From the human T2T-CHM13v2.0 reference genome, Homo sapiens: 64,000 nucleotides of DNA. Where the stretch lies: NCBI RefSeq assembly GCF_009914755.1, contig NC_060928.1, one strand, 5' to 3'. The position numbers were made by a program, and so were the translations under genes. The notes beneath the pieces are model-generated. The model ran no database searches, was not told where the DNA came from, and saw nothing but the letters and a program-made list of their open reading frames with translations. Position 1 is the stretch's first letter, and each line of letters opens with the position of its first letter. Shown here one piece after another: positions 59,445 through 64,000 of this stretch.

Positions 59445-59975
59445 AAACCCAAAAGAATTCAACATACGATTCAAACAGATACTTTTAGGTAATGTTCTTA
59501 ACGGCATTATTCTCAATAGCCAAAATATAGAAATAACCCATGTACATCAGCAGATAAATAGATAACCAAATATGGTATATACATGCAGTGAAATATTATT
59601 TAATCATGAAAGGGAATATAGTTCTGATCCATGCTGTAATATGGATGAACTTTAAAAACATTTTGCTGAGTGAATGAAATCAGACATAAAAGGTCGCATA
59701 TTATAGGATTTCATTTATATGAAATATCTAGAATAGGCAAGTCAAAGAAACAGAAAGTAGATTAGTGGTTGCCAGGGGCTAGGGAGAGGAAAGAAATAGG
59801 AGTGATTGCTTAATGGTACAGAGTTTCTGTTTGGGATGATTGAAAAGTTTTGGAAATAGATAGTGGCAATGGTTGAACGACATTGTGAATGTAATTAATG
59901 CCACCCAATTAAGCTCTTAAAAATGGTTAAAATGGCAAATTTTGTAATATGTTTACATATTATAAAATTTACAAA
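59445..59975 (+). mobile_element. Second old L1 (L1MB-like) 3' end
   Basis: atggatgaactttaaaaacattttgctgagtgaa...agaaagtagattagtggttgccaggggct...aaaatggttaaaatggcaaatttt. Confidence 0.85.
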
Positions 59976-60519
59976 TCTTTCTACGTGCCAAAAAATAAAA
60001 ATAAAAATGGGATAATCAGGTGTAGACAAAGACAAGATCTTTGCAGCAATCATTGTAGTTAGTTATCCTTGAACTAAGGCAAATGTGCTAATGGGACTGT
60101 TGTACCTGATCTACACAAATGTATCTCTTCCCTTCTGCAGAGAGAAATATCAGTCTTTAACTGCAAATGACCCTCGCTAGGGAATGGTGCGTGGTGTCAG
60201 GGAGTTTGAGTGGACACTGAAAGTTTGCTGCCTCATTCTCCTTAAGACATGGGCATGGTTGTGTAGGAGCAGGGATGGATAGCTAAGGAAGAGAGGGACA
60301 AGTCAATTAGCATTATATTCACAGTTCAAATAATACTCTTCTTTTATGGGAAGGAGCTATTAATACTTAGCTCTTGCCCTCCTGAGCGCTTACCAGTGAG
60401 CTCTACCTGGAGAACAGCATTCACAATCTTAAACTTGGTTTTAGCCTGGCCTGCATGATTGATGAGGTCACATTAGTCCCCCCACTTCAGACACACTGTC
60501 ACGTTAAGTTCCTAGAACA

Positions 60520-60910
60520 TTCCTGCAGGCCCTGCTTTCAGCATTGGTCTGTACTTTTCCTCTTTTTAGCCAGTTTAGCTAATGCTTACTCAAGTCTTCA
60601 GATCATTTGCAAATATTGCTCCCTCAGATAAGCCTTCGCTGACCTCTACTCTTAAAAAGTAAATCAACTCCTTCCACACCTGGCAAAGCACACACACACA
60701 CACACACACACACATTGCATCCTTCCTTGATCTTTTGTTTATGATTCTCTTCACAGCTTTTAATACACTTCATTTTTATTATTATGTGTTTAATATCTAT
60801 CTCCTCCTTAGACTATAGGTTCTATGAGAGTAGAAACCCTATCCCTAGGGTCTAATCTGTTCCTAGACATTTAGTAGGAGCTTAGTAAATATCTGTTGAA
60901 TTAAAACATA
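60520..60910. mobile_element. L2 3' fragment
   Basis: ctcctcagataagccttc-like; tagtaggagcttagtaaatatctgttgaatt terminal motif. Confidence 0.55.
60689..60714 (+). repeat. (CA)13 microsatellite
   Basis: Counted directly. Confidence 0.95.
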
Positions 60911-61764
60911 AGTAAATAAAAGAAAAACTCTATTAATAGGTAGTGACTAGCAACTAAACACAATGAATAATTTTTTGTTAAGTGAGTAAATGGAAAAATT
61001 ACCTGTCCTTATAAGAAATCTAGGTTAGTTTCTATTTCTCTTGAAAGTTTAGGAATAGACTTGCCTAAAGACCAAGAGCTAGAAAGAGACTGAGACTCAA
61101 ACAACTAAAGTAAAATAAAATTAGTAAATTTGTGATACTTTGTTAATATGACTGTTAAGAAAAGTCCAATGTTTAACACTTGAGCAAAGTAAGCTCCTCT
61201 TCACTCATTCCACCCCCTAGATTCCAGGAACAAGACAGTTTGCTTCAACCTTCCAGTTCATCATGGATGAGGGGCATTGTTCTGAAGTCAGTTCTCACTG
61301 ATAAATTGTGGAGTAAAAATGTTTTTAATAACCTTTTTTTGTATAAAGGAAGAAAGTTATTTGAGACTGAAAAACTGTTTCTTAGTTATTAATACTATCT
61401 TCAGGTGACTTCTGCGCAGATAGTCTTCAGAAGGTCTTTTGCTGAACTAGATGATGGCATGCAGATGCATAGCAAGAAAAAGTGGGGATCTGGGGTACAG
61501 ATGGGCTAGAGCAGGTGGATTCCGGAAACTTCCTGGGCAAGTGGAGGATACAGGTGCTGTCATTCCTTTGTAAAAGGGCAAAAACGGATATTAGAGGGGA
61601 TTTTCATTAACTTGTGCTCTGTTATATGTGATGTAACTTTCTCCTCTTTTCCTTTCCCCACCTTCCCGTATGAAATCTTTAGTAAAGTTCTTCAGTAAAG
61701 CCTTGAGAGGTGGGTTTCACTTTTGAGGTATGAAGAATCCTGCTGTGAGGTTAATGAGCAAAAG

Positions 61765-62235
61765 TTGCCACATCAAAAAGTCATCTCAAAAACATGACTG
61801 TGTGATAAGAAGAATACTTCGCTTCTATGGTATTCTTTTCAAAAAATCATGGCCCATCTAATCATGGGAAAAGCATCGGACTAACCCAGACTGGGGGACA
61901 TTCTCCCCAGTACCTCACCAGTGATTCTCAAAAGTGTCAAGGTGATGAAAACAAGGAAAGGCTAAGACATCATTATATACCAGAGTAGACTCAGAAAACA
62001 TGCCAACTGAATGCAATGGAGTACCTAGATGAAATCCTGGAACAGAATGAGGGCATTAATTTTAAAAACTGGTGAAATTCAAATAAAGTCTAGATTTTAG
62101 TTAATAGCCATCTACCAATGTTGGTTTCTTAGTTTTGATGAGTAAGATGTTAACAATGGGAATAAGTGGGTGAGGGAGCACATAGCAACTTTTCTATAAA
62201 TCTAAATTCATTCCAAAATAAATAGTTTATTTAAA
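61765..62235 (+). mobile_element. L1MC-like 3'UTR fragment
   Basis: caaaagtgtcaaggtgatgaaaacaaggaaagg; aaaactggtgaaattcaaataaagtct; taccaatgttggtttcttagttttg. Confidence 0.75.
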
Positions 62236-62358
62236 GGTAAAGCCTCAAAACTAAAATGGTCAATTTTGGCTCCTTGCTGAACTTAAGCTCCTTGCTAAGC
62301 GGACAGTGGTTGTCGCCAAAGTGCCTTGACCTTTGGCTCCTATTAAACATAGCTATCA

Positions 62359-62815
62359 TGTCAAAAAAAATGTTTTAATACGTCTTAAAATGGCAAGGAA
62401 GACTTTATTCAGGACTATTGCAATATGTGTCAAGACTATTTTAAGAGGGGAGAGCGATCAGGCTCAACTCTAAATACAATAAAGACAAATAAGGATTTAT
62501 AACCAATGAGTAGAGTGAGGGGGTGAATGGATGGCAAATCACTGGGAGGAGACATCCAGGGTAAGGGGAAGTTGCTAAACCAACTGAAGAGGATTCTTGA
62601 AGGCAAGCCAAGAACTTATACATCAAAAGTGTGTGGTCAGGAACTTGATCAGATATCAAGGGTGGGGGAATTCTCAATAAAATTACTTGGCAGAATTCTT
62701 GCTGAGACTGGACTAGGCAAGCAACAGACAGGACAGGGGCCAAGGTTGAGGCCTGGTCAAGAAGAGGGCACAGGGGAACCCAGCTGAAATTCAGTCAAGG
62801 AGAGGGTCTTTGTCA
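62359..62815 (-). mobile_element. ERV1 solo LTR (MER31-like)
   Basis: ggcaaggaagactttattcaggactattgcaata; ends gtcaaggagagggtctttgtca. Confidence 0.8.
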
Positions 62816-64000
62816 TTATCAGTCACACTGATACCATCTGGTTCGAATTTGAGTGGTGACTATACTACCCACATTCACCTCATAGCTTGACTTGCATCCA
62901 GATGATTTGGTTGTATTGTCTTGGCCTGGGAGCAGATTCCACTTAAGATTTCACATTCACCATCTAGAGTTTGGCCATTGGCATTACGGGTGTTGATGTT
63001 ATTTGAGCCAATTTCCTCCCAAATTGATTGGTTTGTGGTCCTGGAGACAGTAAGCTTTTGGGATTTGGCATGTGATTTTACAGATGATTTGGTACCTGGA
63101 ATCCACCAAGCCGTTCTTTCTCAGAGCCAAAGCCCTTGAAATATATTGACCTTTCCAGTCAAAAGATCCTTATCCAGGTGTAAGAACTGTAAAAACTTTA
63201 CATGTAATGCAAACATGAATTCCATAGATCTGCCAATTTAGGTATAGAAGATAAACTACAGAAGGACTTTATTTTCCTCTGGGCCAGTCCAGCACATTAA
63301 TTCACATTAACATATTCAGGTAAGGAAGGCTTTGAAAAAATTAATAAGCTCAGTCTCCACTTTGCGTTATTTATTCTTGGTGCAGAATGTACGGTTTTAT
63401 TTGTTTGTTTGTTTATTTTGTCATTTGGGTAATTCCTGGAGCAGTATCTCTCCATGTAAAGTCAAGTGACAAAATGAGGGCAGCCAGGCAATTTCAAACA
63501 GAACCAGTTTTGTTTTTTTGGCCTGTATTCTGACCTAAAATAATCCACACAATAACCCCATTTCTTCACCTGACTTTGGCTCTGGAGACACCTTAGAGTT
63601 GTGTCTGCAGAGAGACAGATTGCGTCATGGAGAGCACCAAAGCAGAGGCCTTGCTGGGGTAAGGCCCTTGAAGGCTTATAGTGGCACATCGGCTGGGCTA
63701 GTGAAAACAAGTTCAAAGTTGGTTGGGCTTTTTTGTTTTGTTTTGTTTCAGTTCCAAAAAAAATTTTCATAGGCAAACGCATTCTGACTCTTCCAACTCC
63801 ATAAATACATTCTGAAAAGACATGAAAGAAGGTCACAAAATCCAACCAAATACATGCCTACCTGTAAAGTCTTGTTCTGCTGTCATTTAACTTGTGGTTT
63901 TTCCTTGGGGAATCTTTTAATATAGGGAGAAAGTGAAACCATGGTTAAAATATTTGGCAAAATGTAACCATTATTAATAAGCAACACATAGACGGATTGT

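Noticed and set aside
60120-60200. Plus-strand acceptor tctcttcccttctgcag| at 60140 (similar site near 52238)
   Set aside because: No clear paired donor or coding signal; such sites are frequent in long introns.

Overview
Primate, almost certainly human, genomic DNA dominated by interspersed repeats. The only protein-coding sequence I can support is a 43-nt first coding exon at 29462-29504 (MVYKTLFALCILTA-G, a signal peptide) inside a CpG island. I recognise it as exon 1 of PARM1 (prostate androgen-regulated mucin-like protein 1). From 29505 to the end of the window is its intron 1; exon 2 is not present. Upstream lie a full-length but dead L1PA7-like LINE with 14-bp target-site duplications (TSDs), an HSPE1 (HSP10) processed pseudogene, hAT DNA-transposon fossils (one with recognisable transposase motifs), MaLR/ERV1 solo LTRs and Alus. 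The supplied ORFs are L1 fragments, repeat-derived frames or GC-rich chance frames. I found no convincing novel biological system. The best leads are regulatory or structural: an upstream ATG in frame with PARM1 and separated from it by one TGA-CGG stop, a possible L1 antisense-promoter splice route, close inverted Alu pairs, a MER53 hairpin with a miR-1302-like segment, a 58-bp degenerate duplication rich in p53-family half-sites, and possible antisense lncRNA signals. Repeat subfamily names come from recalled consensus sequences, and boundaries without TSDs are approximate.
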